Source of the DNA: Anthoceros angustus
Lineage: Eukaryota > Plantae > Anthocerotophyta
DNA: 64,000 nucleotides
NCBI GenBank assembly: GCA_010909165.1
Contig: MU008204.1
Span: 17,810-81,809 of the forward strand
Direction: 5' to 3'
Shown here piece by piece: positions 1-12,664 of this stretch; the stretch's first letter is position 1, and the number at the start of each line of letters is the position of its first letter. Made by a program: the position numbers and the translations under genes. Below the pieces are notes generated by a model. The model ran no database searches. It saw nothing but the letters and a program-made list of their open reading frames with translations, and was not told the origin of the DNA.

Positions 1-2000
1 AATGTAACCATTCGAGAGGATGCGTAGTTTGTTGTCAAACTCGATTGCCTAATGGGTTTTGGGCGTATGCGTTCATCGCAGCTTCATCTTATTAATGATC
101 TCCTAATAAGGTTGATGATGAGGTTCCAGAGGAGCTATGGTCCGAAAGAAACCATCCTACAAGCATCCGCGAGTGTTTGTGGAGGCATACCGCCATGTTC
201 CAAAAGAGTTTCGGGACAAGTTGGCACCTAAGTCCAAGAAATGTATTTTTCTTGGCTATGGTGATTCCGTGAGATGGGATACCGCTTGTGGGATCCAAGC
301 TAGAAAGGTTGTTCGACTAACGACGTGTTCTTCAATGAGAACAAGATGCACAGGAAGCCTACTCCAACCGTGGAGGTGCGAAGGGTGATCTTCCAAGAAG
401 ATGGACATGATCATCAAGGGGCGTGTTGATAACCGTGGTAATGTGCGTGGAGCACATTCCTCCACCGTAGATGAACCAAGAGTCGAACAAGCACCTATAG
501 AGGTGCTCGGTTTCAGGGTCGTGATTACACGATCCATCTCGGATTATGTTATGTCGACAGATTGTGGGAACCCTCTTCTTACAAAGAGGCCATGTCAATG
601 AGTAACAAAGAGAAGTGGGAGAAGGCCATGCAATGTAAATGAATTACGCATAAGAACCAAACTTGGGAGTTGGTTCTGCTGGGATAAGAAGGCACTACTG
701 CAAATGGGTGTACAAGATGAAGGTCATACCTCATGATGGCAAACCAAAGTACAAGGCACGATTGGTTGCTAAGGGTTTCAAGCAACAACCGCATTGACTT
801 TGATGAGATTTTCTCACCAGTAGTCAAAATGACAACTTTGCGATGTGTTCTTGCTTTGGTTGCCGTGGAATGATATGGAACTTGCAGATGGATGTCAAGA
901 CGGCATTCTTGCATGGTGACCTTCAAGAGGACGTCTACATGCAAAGAACCAAGGTTTTGTTGAGAAGGGCAAAGAGCATCCGTGTGCAAAGTTGAGGAAG
1001 AGCCTTTATGGTTTGAAACAGCACCCGAGAGTGGTATCACAAGTTCCACTCATTTATGCTTTCTCAAGGCTACAAACGAAGCGAGGATCATTGCCTCTAT
1101 ACGAAGCAAGCTAAGGATCAAAGCTTGCTCATTTTGATCCTCTATGTGGATGATATGCTAATTGTCGGAACAAGATCGATGAGATTTCGTTGAAGTCAAA
1201 GTTGAATGCTCACTTTGAAATGACAGACTTGGGAGAGGGTATACTTGGCATGCGATTCGTGACATAAGCGCCCCGCTTTATTTGTCTAATTTTAATACAT
1301 TAATGGTGCTTCAACGCTTCAACATGGAGAAGGGAAGCCATTGGGTACCCATTGCCTCCATATGTGAAACTTTCGCGCTGGATTGCCCAAGCTCGAGGAG
1401 GACAAAGTCGAAATGGAGAAGGTCCCATACTCATCACCGTAGGGAGTTTGATGTATGCAATGATTGCTACACGTCCCCGACATTGCCTTTGCAAGTGGGA
1501 GTGGTTAGTGTTTATGTCAAACCCCGGCAAGAAGCATTGGGAGTGAAAAGGAGTTATGAGGTATCCGAATGGTACAAAAGCTTTGTGCATATGTTTTGGT
1601 AGTGAAGATGCATGTGGTTGGGTACATGTCGATTATGCAGGGATATGGACAAAAGGAGGTCCACATCGTTATGTCTTCACGCACGGAGGGGCCCTCATGG
1701 CGATCTCGCTTTGCAGGCATTACGCTATCTACCACAGAGGCCGAGTATGTTAAAAGAATCGAGGCTTGCAAGGAAGCCATATGGCTTGCCTGCTTAGTGG
1801 GAGACTTGGGGATCAAGGTTGAGTCGCTGTTGCATTGTGATAGCCGAGTGCTATCCAATTGGCAAAGAATCCAAAGGTTTCATGCTAAGACTAAACATGT
1901 GGATGGAAGTATCACTTCATTCGAGAGGTGTTGATGACAAGAGGGTACAACTTGTCAAGGTTCACACCACCAACCCCAGATATTCTTACCAAGGGACTCT
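1..2000 (+). mobile_element. Degenerate Ty1/copia LTR retrotransposon pol (integrase C-terminus, RT, RNase H)
   Basis: Copia motifs spread across frameshifted frames: KLAPKSKKCIFLGYG (~220-260), YKARLVAKG, DFDEIFSPVVKMTTLR, QMDVKTAFLHGDL (~750-925), LYVDDML (~1140), and RNase H LSTTEAEY, HCDS, FHAKTKHVD (1725-1905). Confidence 0.93.
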
Positions 2001-2399
2001 ACGAGCAATTTGCACAAGCTTGGACTACCTAGGAAGCTTGTGCAGTGAGGTAGCCTTGTGGGAGATAATAGCCTTCATCTCAATGTGAGAGTTACACTTG
2101 CCTCCTCCTCTCCTCTTCCACCATCATGTGTTGCCACACGATCCTTCATATAGTAAGATGCAATGTAATACAATTGTTATTAACTGTGATTGCTTATATT
2201 AAGCAGCCTTCCCTCTGTCCAAGCATCCGTGCCTTTCCTACCCAAGCTCCTCATTGTATTTCAACCCCGCCATCCCCTGAGCGGATATGGGAATCCTTGC
2301 CTACATCGGAGTCTGCCAATCCAACCGATATATGGAGCCTGCATGGAAATCCTGAGTGGCAAGGAACAGGCTTGACAAGGACCTATGGTCAAGCAAGGA

Positions 2400-4310
2400 C
2401 TTCCGCCACCACCTCCGCTAAACACACATCGTTGGCACAAAGCAGCCCGATGCCACCATTCTCCACATACCAGCCAACTTACACAAATAGAGTTCAAGGT
2501 TCAATGGAACTAAATACCTGGTGGAGCGGCCCGCATGCGCACCTTGATGCTCGGCATGTGTGAGCCAGAGTGCGCTCCAACAACCAGTTACATTTCTCCC
2601 AACCCCGACCAAGACAGATGGGAGAATGCTAACACCGTCGCACGCGCACTCATCATAAGTGGCCTGGACGAGGTGTTAGTACCTGATGTGGCTTCCTCAC
2701 TAAGGTCAAGACATCCGGACACAATTAGCACGTATATTACGAAGAACGCTTACCCTCGGCCGTCAGGAGCAAACTTCACCTTCGCATGCGTGAAGGAGAC
2801 AAGGTCGTTGCTTTTGTGGTGAAGTTCAGGCAATTACGAGCCAACTTGATCTCCCTCGGTTTTCCCATGCCCGAACTTGATGCTGCCAGGCCCTCGACCG
2901 CCCTCCTCCCGCCACAGCCCTTTGTCCGCCATTGCAACACTGAGATGTCGGCAAAGCCGCCACACAGACAACCGTTATGACCAGCTTTGCAGATGTTGTT
3001 GGAGCCCTCTTCCAAGAAGAGCAATCCCGTCAACCTCATCCCAATTCTAATCGCACCAAAACTGACAAAGTGCTTTTTACCACAAAGTTCAAACCACAAG
3101 GCAGAACCAAAAACTTATCTGCAGCTGGGTCTTCGAGAGAATCGAGGCCAGGGCAGATAAAGAGACTAGGCTCATGCAACTGGTGTGGTTCTCTCGGTCA
3201 CTGGGAACGAGAGTGTAGGAAGAAGAAATCTGGAGAACCAAAGAAGGCCGAGAAGACTAACAGAACGTTTGAGGCCCATACGGTTTCCAAGGACAAACCA
3301 ACAAAATCTTCCTCAACTGACAAGCAACCTATGATTCTGACTGTCTGCAGCCTCCAGGCTTGATGATGCCTGGTATCTCGATCTGTGAGCATCAAGACAT
3401 GTCCGCACAACAAAAATTGATGAGTAACTTACCCTCCACGCCTGAAAAGTTATGGCTGGAGATGAACTCACAAGAACAGGTCTGAAAATTCTTGGTCGAG
3501 GTTCCTGTTCCTTCAGGCAGTCGAATGGCCAGATTTTTCAGATTGACAATGTCCTCTTTGTGCCTGACATGGCAAAGCATCTCATTTCAGTTAGCCAGTT
3601 GATGCAACTCAAGAGTTTAGAACTCAAATTCACTGCTACCGGATGCACACTTATCAAGTCTCGACCTTCCTCCGTAGTTGCACAGGGCTTACTTGTGCAG
3701 GATCTATACAGGCTAGACATGCGGTCTCGCCATCAGCTGCATCTTGTTGCTAGTTCTCGTGCTCTAAGACAACTTTGGCATGCCCGCCTTGGTCATGCTA
3801 ATAAGGATAAGTTGATCAAGATGTCCAACCTGGAGTGTTATCGGGAGCCCCTCCCTAAGTGCTTCAAAGACCTTCCTCTTTGTGATGCATGCATAGTAGC
3901 CAAGCAAAAAGAGTTACCTTTTCCTGCTACTTTGGCTCATAGGTCTTCTTCCATACTTGATCTAGTACATGCAGACATCTCTGGGAAGATCCATGTACCG
4001 TCTTTGGGAGGTTCTCTTTACTACCTCACACTCACCGACGATTTTAGTCAGTATTCCTGGACATACCCACTCAAGCGCAAATCTGACACTTTCCTGCTAT
4101 TCAAAGAGTGGCTCACTATGATACAAAGACAGACTGGGACTCACCTTCGTTGTTTAAGATCCGACAACGCAGTAGTTTGTCAATGAATGCCGCTCGATGA
4201 ATATCTTGCGCCGGTGCAACCGCCACCAAGATTCCTTATACCAAAGAACAAAATGGGGTAGCGTAACACGCAAACCGCACTCTACTCAAGATGACACGAT
4301 TAGGGAATGG
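2400..4310 (+). mobile_element. Second degenerate Ty1/copia segment: gag, protease, GAG-pre-integrase and N-terminal integrase
   Basis: Gag zinc knuckle CNWCGSLGHWEREC (~3175-3216). NVLFVPDMAKHLISVSQL, LWHARLGH, CDACIVAKQ, LDLVHADISG, DDFSQYSW and LRSDN in ORF 3452-4186. The segment is truncated after about 4300. Confidence 0.92.
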
Positions 4311-4558
4311 ACGTGGAGGGCTGCCACGCCGAGAACGGTCGAGGCCGTAGGCCGAGACCGTCTAGGCCGGCGCCCGACGAGTGTTCGCTCTCGGCGTAAG
4401 GGAGCCGAGGTCGGGCCGAGACGTCCACCGACTTCGCATCGAGGCGAGCGAGGTCCGGCGCATCTTTAGAATTGTTGCCTTGTGCAACCAAGTTAGAAGT
4501 CTTTTTCTCTCTTCGTAGTTTTCACCTTCGCACTTCGTAGTTTTCACTTTCACGCTAT

Positions 4559-6290
4559 TTACGCTTGTCTTTCACGCTTTTGGGATTTATCTTTTCTAAC
4601 TTTCTTCGGCGTTGAAGGTGTACACCGCGATTTGGATCCGCCTGCCTTCGTAATAATACTTCTTTGTTCATTGTACGGTCCAGATAGAAAGTTAATCATT
4701 TCAAAATTTCTCCAAACGGAATATTTCGCAGCAATGGTAATCGACATCGCATATTATATTTCACCACTGTAAATATGATATACTAACCTCAAATAGTGCA
4801 AACAACTCCTTTTGATTCTTCGATAACTACAAACAAAAAGGAGTTAATATTTTACCTCCATTTCAAGTCGAAGAAGATCTTGCTCGGTAAATACCTTTCT
4901 CACTAATGTGAGGCAATGGTGAAGATTTCCCACACTACGGAAATGTGATTGACGCTCGCAAAGAAATATCAACCTTAGAATTTGCATATTTGGTAAATAC
5001 CAATATTAATATTTTCCTTGTTTACATAAAATTGTGGAACTAACCTTTTGAATGTTTTTGTAGTTTCGGATCTTCCATCGAGTCAAAGTCCGTGGTTTTA
5101 GCTCCTTATTTTCAATACGATATTTCTACATTACCAAAACACAAATTTCATTAGTACTACATAAACTGATTCAAATAAACTATTAAAAACAATATAAACC
5201 GAAAACACTTACTTTTCTGGATCTCCATGTATTGCTCTAGGGTTGCTGTCGACCCATCTTCATTGCATTGGTCATGGATCTTTGAGGCTATGTTCCCAAA
5301 TGGGAACATATCTATTTTAAAATCTTGGAAGACTTGTGGATACCGAAAGTTATCCATCCATTTTCCAAAGTCGACAAATTCTTCGATGGTCCATACGTTG
5401 GTGCATTATCTTGACTCTCTTTTCCTCTTTTGTCCTTTGAAAACAAGAATTAGTAAGTTATACTAGTTACTATATACTAATTATTAATTACAAATATACA
5501 ATAGCAATTACGATGAGATATCGTGTTGTTGATTTTGTCATCCATTGCTTCAATTTTCTCCTTAATTTCCTTAGCTGCAGCAACTTGTTCAGCAGCACTC
5601 TGTAAACAAATACATTAGTACTTATTTGTGTAAACAAATACATATAATACTAAGTTTTGTTGTTTACCTCCAAAATCGACTGAATTGAGATCTGATGTCC
5701 ATTAAACCTCCGGACCAGAGTCATTGTTTCCAACTCTAATTGAGCTGTTGTTCGGAGATTCTTCTTAATATCCTGTAATCAGATACAACGGTAGTAAGTT
5801 GCAGAGACCTATATTTCCGTTCTATAGTCCTAGAGGAAGTTGCAGGACCAAGTCTTTACCTTTTTAATTTTTTCGAGTTGGCCAGGCACCTGGCAAAGGA
5901 GCTGCAAGTCCTTTTTGTCCATTGATGTGAACATAGTGTGCTCGTGAGTACTGTAACAAAGATATAGAGTTAGAAATGTTGACAGTAGATTCAATTGAGA
6001 TAATTGTAATGTAGTACCTTTCTCAACTATCTTCGTATCTCAATGAGAGGGATTTCGAACTTCAGCCTGTCATCATATCCTGGATCCCCATGGGCGGGAA
6101 CATGGTTGTTCGATCGCCAGCTGTTAAGGTTGGTTGGGTCTCTACTATTGTGGTCGCTTTCTGGAGAAACAGTCATTTTAGCCATGGATTCATCAACCAC
6201 AAAATGGATTTGGCGGCTGTAGGTAGAAATTATCATTACCTTCTTGGATGTCGACCATCATCGTTGCTTTCATTCTCGGATGCCATTCTC
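4559..6290 (-). pseudogene. Multi-exon ORF remnant of unknown function, probably a transposon cargo gene
   Basis: Several short minus-strand exons flanked by GT/AG sites (seen as ttac/tacct and ctg/cta on +) with AT-rich introns, e.g. exons LIFLCERQSHFRSVGNLHHCLTLVRKVFTEQDLLRLEME and MDNFRYPQVFQDFKIDMFPFG. No recognisable domain. Confidence 0.4.
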
Positions 6291-9200
6291 GAAAAAGCAC
6301 AAAGTTAACGTGTACACAAAACAACGCTCAAACTTGAACAAGTTGGGTACATACAAGCGTTGTTACGTAATCGAATTAGTTTGTTGGGCGTGGTCGTAAT
6401 AACCGGTATCTTTGTGTTGTGTGTGACTGTGGGGGCACTGGTCGAGGTATGGTTGCGCAAGAACTATTACAGAGTCACGTAGCTGGGCAAGACACATAAG
6501 AAGGGAGTCAGCCCAAAACCCAGAAGCACAGAGACATACCCAGGAAGCAAAAAAGACATGGTTAGCTTATCTTCAGCACGGGCAGGCGCTGCGGGTGGTA
6601 CCTTGCTGGTCGTTACTCTGATGTTGGGCTCCGTGAGGGACTGACTGATGCTGTGAAGACCTGTTGCACCCTGTCAAGACGGACTATTGCCTTTGTTTGG
6701 ATTGAGTGCGGCACAGAGTCAGGGTATGCGAATGAGCGTTGGGAGAGGCAGAGAGCAACTGCACAAAAGAAGGTACAAAGGGTGTAAGCCCAAAACCCAG
6801 AAGTATACACGCCCAAATACGCAGAAATCAAAAAGGGAGATGAAACCCCTCAGCAGCAAGGGCAGGTGCGGGAAGTACCTGGCTGATCTTTAAGATATTG
6901 TTGGGCGCTACGAAAGACTGACAGATGCAATGCAGGCTTCTTGAACACCGCCCAAGACGTTGGTAGACCTCGCCACCGTGATAGCCGCAGACGAGCGCCA
7001 GCAAGAAGAAGGCGTGGAGCAGCAGCCCAAAAACTCCAACTAATTCGAGAACCTCCGCGGAGCTCCAGGACGCCGATCGCAAGACAGACAGGTGAAAAAG
7101 GATCGATTGAACGCCGAGCTGGAGGACCTCCGTCGAGACCAAACGTGCGCGAGGCGCCGAAACAGCCCGACAGCTTGGCGGCGCGAAGGCAAGAGGGCGC
7201 AATTGGCAGGAAGGAGTCTCTCCAGCGCCCGCAACAAAGTCAAATCTCAAGAAAAAGCCACCGCAATCGTGGAAGGATGTAGTTAGCTGGACCTTCGCTG
7301 TCGAAAGCCGGATGTCTTCACCACCATACCTTCGCAAGATGTCCAGATTGGCTGCAACTTCAAATCGCAGGCGTCTGCCACGGAGTTGCACCGCACATGA
7401 AAAAACCCACACTGAAAACAGCTTTCGACTATCACTGAAGCACGGATGGCGGTGGCGACGGTGCGGACCGAGCTCAACTGTGGGGGCAATGGCCAGCGGC
7501 TACTGCTGGTCGAAGTGAGAAAGTGGGCGGCGGAAGAACGCGCGTAGGGGGGTAGTGGTTTAAATAGGGACAGGTTAGGGTTCTGGATGCTTCTTGGCGG
7601 AGGCCTACGTGGCTATTTCTGATTCGTCGGAGCTTCGTTTTACGCCCGCCGTTTCGAGGTTCGGGGTTAGGTTGGGTAAGGTTTGGTTAGGTTTGGTGAG
7701 CTTAACTTAGGTTTGGAAGCTGGCGCGGCGGCGGCGCACGAATCACAGACCTAGAAAGGTTTGGAGTTAGGTTTGGATTTCCAGGTTTGGTAAATTCAAA
7801 ATATGTCTGGTAGACAGAGAGTGGCGGCGCCGACAGAGAGAGAAGGGCTAGGGTTTCTTTGGCTATATAAGGTCTTACTTTCAGGTCCAACGTCTTTTCG
7901 ACTGTAGGCTCCGAAGGCCAAGGGTTCTGGCGCTTTTTCTTTGTGTCTGAGCTCTTCATATGTCTGTGAGGAGTCTGTTGTTTACGCTCAGTTTGAAGGC
8001 GTGCTTCTATTTTACGTTAGGGTCTCCGTCCGAAGTCTAAGGTCTCGGATGCGAAGGCGACCTATGGTCATTGCTTTGCCAAACGCCTCGAAAGGCTTGT
8101 TGTGCGACTTGTCGAAAGCCGCAGGTGAAAGCTCGCTACCTTTGTTCTGTCAGTGTTGTGTTTTGCGCGTCATTGCTCCTTCTTCGTATTGCTCCTTTCT
8201 TTACTCTTTGGTTGAGCATGTGTTTTTAGCTGTCTGCTTAAGTCCTTCTGCCTTTCTTTCGTAGTCCAAGGAGCTTCGAGGCTTTGCTCTGAAGGTGGAG
8301 AGCTGTCTAGTTTTACTTTCGTCGGCCATGGTTCTTAAGGCTCTTGTCCGAAGGATAGGCCTTTTTTGTAGCTGTCGAAGTCCAAGGTGGTCAAGCCTTG
8401 CTAGGTCAAGTTTTGCGAAGTTTTTGGGCCAAGGTTCTTTAAGCCTCTTAAAAGGTTAAGGCCATTTCACGTCCTTTGTTCAAACTCCAAGGTTCTGTAA
8501 AGTTTCCTTTCAATGCCAAGGTTTCTGTTGAAGGTTGGTTTTCGAATGAAAGAGGTTCGTAGGTCCGAAGGTGAGGGTGTCTTTGCTCCTGGGGTCCAGG
8601 TTGTTTATCCGAAGGCTTTTGTTGTCCAGTTTGTTGGCTTTGCTGTCAGTTGTATTATGTTCGCAGAACGTCTTGCCGCGGTGCGATTGTTTGCCTGCAG
8701 CTCTGTTACTTCTCTAGTTGTACGTTACAGTGCTAGTATCTGAGCGCCCGTGCCTTAAGCGCCAGTGCTTTTGAGCGCTAGTGTCTTCAGGTCTAGTAGT
8801 TCTCAACGCTAGCACTTTTAGTTCTTGTGCTTTTAGCGCCTACCGCCTTTAAAGTGGTAGTGTTCTCGTGTTAGTTTTATCTCGATTGTGCAGCTTGCTT
8901 TTACTTGTCTGCGCTTATCGCTTGGAGTTTTGTTTGGTTGCATCGTGATTTGCATGTTGTCGTCTTCCTTTGCAAACATCTTCGTGCTTGCAAACTCATG
9001 TTTCTTTGGTGTTTTTTTGTTTCGTTGAAGCATCGGGCCGAGACGACGTACGTGACGACTGACGAAGAACACGTACCATTGGTCAAACATGTGTCCCAAA
9101 CGACAGTTCCGTGTGTTTGAGTTCTTAAATGTTTGTTTTTAGTGTTAATTTCTTATGTTTTATAGGTTAGTTTTTGTGCTCGATTGTTTGTGCTCACCGT

Positions 9201-9637
9201 GTCCCAAGTAACATCATTGTAGTTGTTACGCCCGTGATGTTTTGTTCGCTTTTCATCGCTTTTTTCGCTCATGTTATCTCGCCTTGTTTTTGTATTGTCT
9301 CTTCATGCATGTGTTATTTGTCGTGTTTACGATCTCGATTGTTGTTCTGTAAGTCCAAGAGTAGTTGGTAAGGGGTAGGACGTCTTTGTTTGTTTAGAAC
9401 AAGAAACCGATCGAATCGTGACCGATCAAGCTTCTCGAACTAGAAACCGACTTAAGCTCAGAATTTTGATTTGTTTTGTGTTTTCCTAAGCTTGGTGTTT
9501 ATTTCATATTTCTTTTCCTTATCTAGTTGTGTGACGTCATGTCCCGTATGTGTTCAATTTGTTTTATTGTTTTGGAGTTTTGATTGTGTTTGGTTGTTTT
9601 TTCAGTGCATCATTCGTCTCTTAGCGANTCTTGTCAC

Positions 9638-9872
9638 GAGGTGACCGCAATTGTGTTGTGTCGTAGGTCAAGTTTGGTCTTAGAAGTAGGGACGAAATCG
9701 CGTGTGAACTGGGGTCCCCGGCGCCTGGTAGGCTCTCGCCGAGGTGACCGCAATTGTGTTGTGTCGTAGGTCAAGTTTGGTCTTAGAAGTAGGGACGAAA
9801 TCGCGTGTGAACTGGGGTCCCGGCGCCCGTGGTAGGCTCCACCGAGGCGGACCCGCAATTGTGTTGTGTCGT
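9638..9872. repeat. ~103-bp tandem repeat, about 2.3 copies
   Basis: gaggtgaccgcaattgtgttgtgtcgtaggtcaagtttggtcttagaagtagggacgaaatcgcgtgtgaactggggtccc recurs at ~9638 and ~9741, with a partial third copy at ~9852. An N lies at 9628. Confidence 0.9.
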
Positions 9873-10491
9873 TGTGGTCGAGGTTGGCGATTTCAAGCAA
9901 GGTGCAGTACCGTGAGAGGGAGAGTAGTGGGCGCCTTGCTTGTTTAGAAGGTCGAGAAGTGTGTCATCGCAGTAGCGATTGGGCATCACGACCTCGAACT
10001 TTCACACAAGTCTCATGGGACGAAACCCAACGTACGAAGCGACAGTGGGATAAGTGTGGCCGCTATAGTGGGAGGACCTGGGGAGTGCCCCGGATTCTCC
10101 CCACCACAGCTTGTCTATGTCGGTATTTATCCAGGCCGTGATTGCAAGCTCAGAACATCGTGCACGATCGGTATTCTGTAACTTGCCTTCGTGAACGTGG
10201 CAAGCTTGATTGGTGGAGTCTATCGAATTCAAAAGCAGAGAAACGTATGCATATCTGTTAATTGTATGTGTAGGGCTATATGTTAACAATCATATACCTA
10301 TGATCGTATGTCCCTACTTCATATGTGTGTATCTAATAGAGGACGGGGTTTCATAAGCAAACTTTTGAAATGAAAGCATAATACCTGCTAATGCACCATG
10401 GCACAAATGTCACAACTACTTATGACGGTGGAATGAAAAAACAGTAGCAAAACGATCGCGGTAAAAAGGACCTCTCTGCACTGACGGTTCA

Positions 10492-10764
10492 GGTGTAGTT
10501 GAATTGCGGTTCAGCTGCTAATTGGCCACGTGGTGGATTTAAACTATCGGAACTAGAACAAGATGTGGCATATAGTTGGGTAATGTGGCAGGGTATAGTT
10601 TAGTTTAGATCGAATAGTGAACTAAACGGTGTAGTTGAATTGCGGTTCAGCTGCTAGTTGGCCACGTGGTGGATTTAAACTATCGGAACTAGAACAAGAT
10701 GTGGCATGTAGTTGGCTAATGTGGCAGGGTATAGTTTAGTTTAGATCGAATAGTGAACTAAACT
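10492..10764. repeat. ~136-bp direct tandem duplication
   Basis: ggtgtagttgaattgcggttcagctgc...gatcgaatagtgaactaaac occurs twice with a few substitutions. Confidence 0.92.
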
Positions 10765-11094
10765 ATCTGCAAAGCCTCCATTATTTAGCTCAACTGAGAT
10801 AAAATAGTAAATATAATTTTTTCTTCTTATTACTTTACTTTTTCTTTTATGAAATATCATGTCCTTTCCATCTCATTTGTTTTTTTCCCTTCTTTCACAT
10901 TTGTCACAACTGCATTAGAAATGGAGTGCGGAATGAAACGTATACGGTTAAACCTTTACATGATATGAAACGATAAACTGCTAGTGTGGAAAGCTGAAGG
11001 GGTCTAAGGTGTTCCCATCAAACGGTATTATGGTTGGAGGATGGTTGGGACATGCCCGGTGAGTATGGCCACAATGATGTGTAGAGTCCTCCCT

Positions 11095-11165
11095 TTGAGG
11101 AATACATGCATACATGAGTTCATTAAAACTTGAGGAATACATGCATACATGAGTTCATTAAAACT
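11095..11165. repeat. ~35-bp tandem duplication
   Basis: ttgaggaatacatgcatacatgagttcattaaaac occurs twice. Confidence 0.9.
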
Positions 11166-11631
11166 CCATAGTTAAGTGTCTTTGTCTTTGGGATAGATCA
11201 TTGCTTGGATGGGATGTCACCCATTCCCATTTCCATGGCCCTATGGGGCCACCTGTTATAAATCATGCCTTCGTCTGGTAGTGGGCGGAACCCCCGTTGT
11301 TAGTGTCCTGCGGGATTATTGAAGATGAAAAAACTCCCGTCGCGAGACTTCAACTAATATTTTGAAAAAATATATAAAGTCTTTAAATTAAAAAACCCAA
11401 TGGTATATATGCAGTTAGCACACGACGCGAAAGAGGCCAAAACCATTTGAGCGCGCCTCGGGCAGTGTGCCTTCATTACCAACTCTTGCAGAATGTAAGC
11501 GACTTTTTTGTTCCTGTTTTTGTTGTTGTTGTGAGCCGACGGAACTGGTCAGGTGCTGTCATCAGGTCAGCAGGGTAGAGGGAGAGGTAGAGGTGGGAGT
11601 GATAGGGTCTTTCCGGACACCATTCTCACCC

Positions 11632-12610
11632 ATGGAGCTTCCCTGCGTAAACAGCGACTCCTGCTTGGTGTGTAGAATTCTGCCTCTGCCCCCGGAGAAG
11701 GTTATTTTTTGCGACGGCTGCGATGGGCACTCGCACATGAAGTGCTTCCGGCAGCCGCTGCTGGTTCTATCCCGACTGCCTGCAGCTGCCGGAAGACCAA
11801 ATTGCAAAGAGAAAGATTCGGCTGGAGAATATCGGGGAGGAAGAAGATACTGGTCCTCAAGTTGAAGCAAATTCAATCTCACCCTCATCCAAACAACAGG
11901 GAGAAAGCCAAGCTTCTCCAAGAACTCATGAAGGAGACCCGGCATGAGACAGAGGGCCCCGTGGACGATGAGGATGCTCCGGGTGTGGCTGTGAGAGGCG
12001 ATAGACAGCACACCCGAAGCTCAGAGGAGAAAGCTTCGTCTTCTAAGCTTTGTCTCACACAAAAGAGCGTAGTGGGCGAAGAGAGGGACACTGAAATTTA
12101 TGCCATCTCCAAGAGCCACCTTTCATGCGAGGTCTGCCATGGATTTCCGACTTTTGCAATTCGATTCTGCAGTTCTACACTAGAAAGAGAGGGGAAGGTC
12201 CTGCCAGGTAGCGGCAGTAAAAGATCAGACGAGCTTGCCAGCACTTCGTAAGGAAGTGGTGCAGAAGGAGCAGGGCCACCTGTGAAGCACCTGGTGAATT
12301 AATTTCCTGTGCAGGTCATAAGCGACGGAAAACAGAGGTTGACAGAGCTCGCGAGCCTCCCAGCGTGCAAGGAAGTGAGGAGGAGTCTAGCGAGAAACGT
12401 GAGGAGAAAGGGGATGTCAAAGCAAGCAGCGCATTTCACAACTGGCCATTTGATATACTGACGGACAGCCCTTCTACAGGGGTATCATCTGATTGGGTGC
12501 ATCGTGTGGCTGGGAACTGGACCACGAGTTTGAAAGTGTCCAGGTTGTTATGTACCCTGAACTGGAACATCGGATTCATACTAGCCAGCCGAAACCCACC
12601 TGCCCGCTGA
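11632..12610 (+). pseudogene. PHD-finger protein gene, frameshifted
   Basis: MELPCVNSDSCLVCRILPLPPEKVIFCDGCDGHSHMKC gives most of a C4HC3 pattern. The expected final WF(Y)PDC lies in another frame at ~11762. Low-complexity charged exons follow. Confidence 0.6.
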
Positions 12611-12664
12611 ATCCGCTCCCATTGCAACAAGAAGTTTAGGGGATGCAAAATACAGTGAGAGCTA

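Noticed and set aside
7655-7710. Telomere-like ggttagg/ggtttgg tract (also aaaccctaaaaccctaaac at ~38028)
   Set aside because: Too short and degenerate for an interstitial telomere; consistent with common telobox-like motifs.
10000-10250. Possible Ulp1-like protease remnant
   Set aside because: Only a vague resemblance; the catalytic Q/C motif cannot be recovered.
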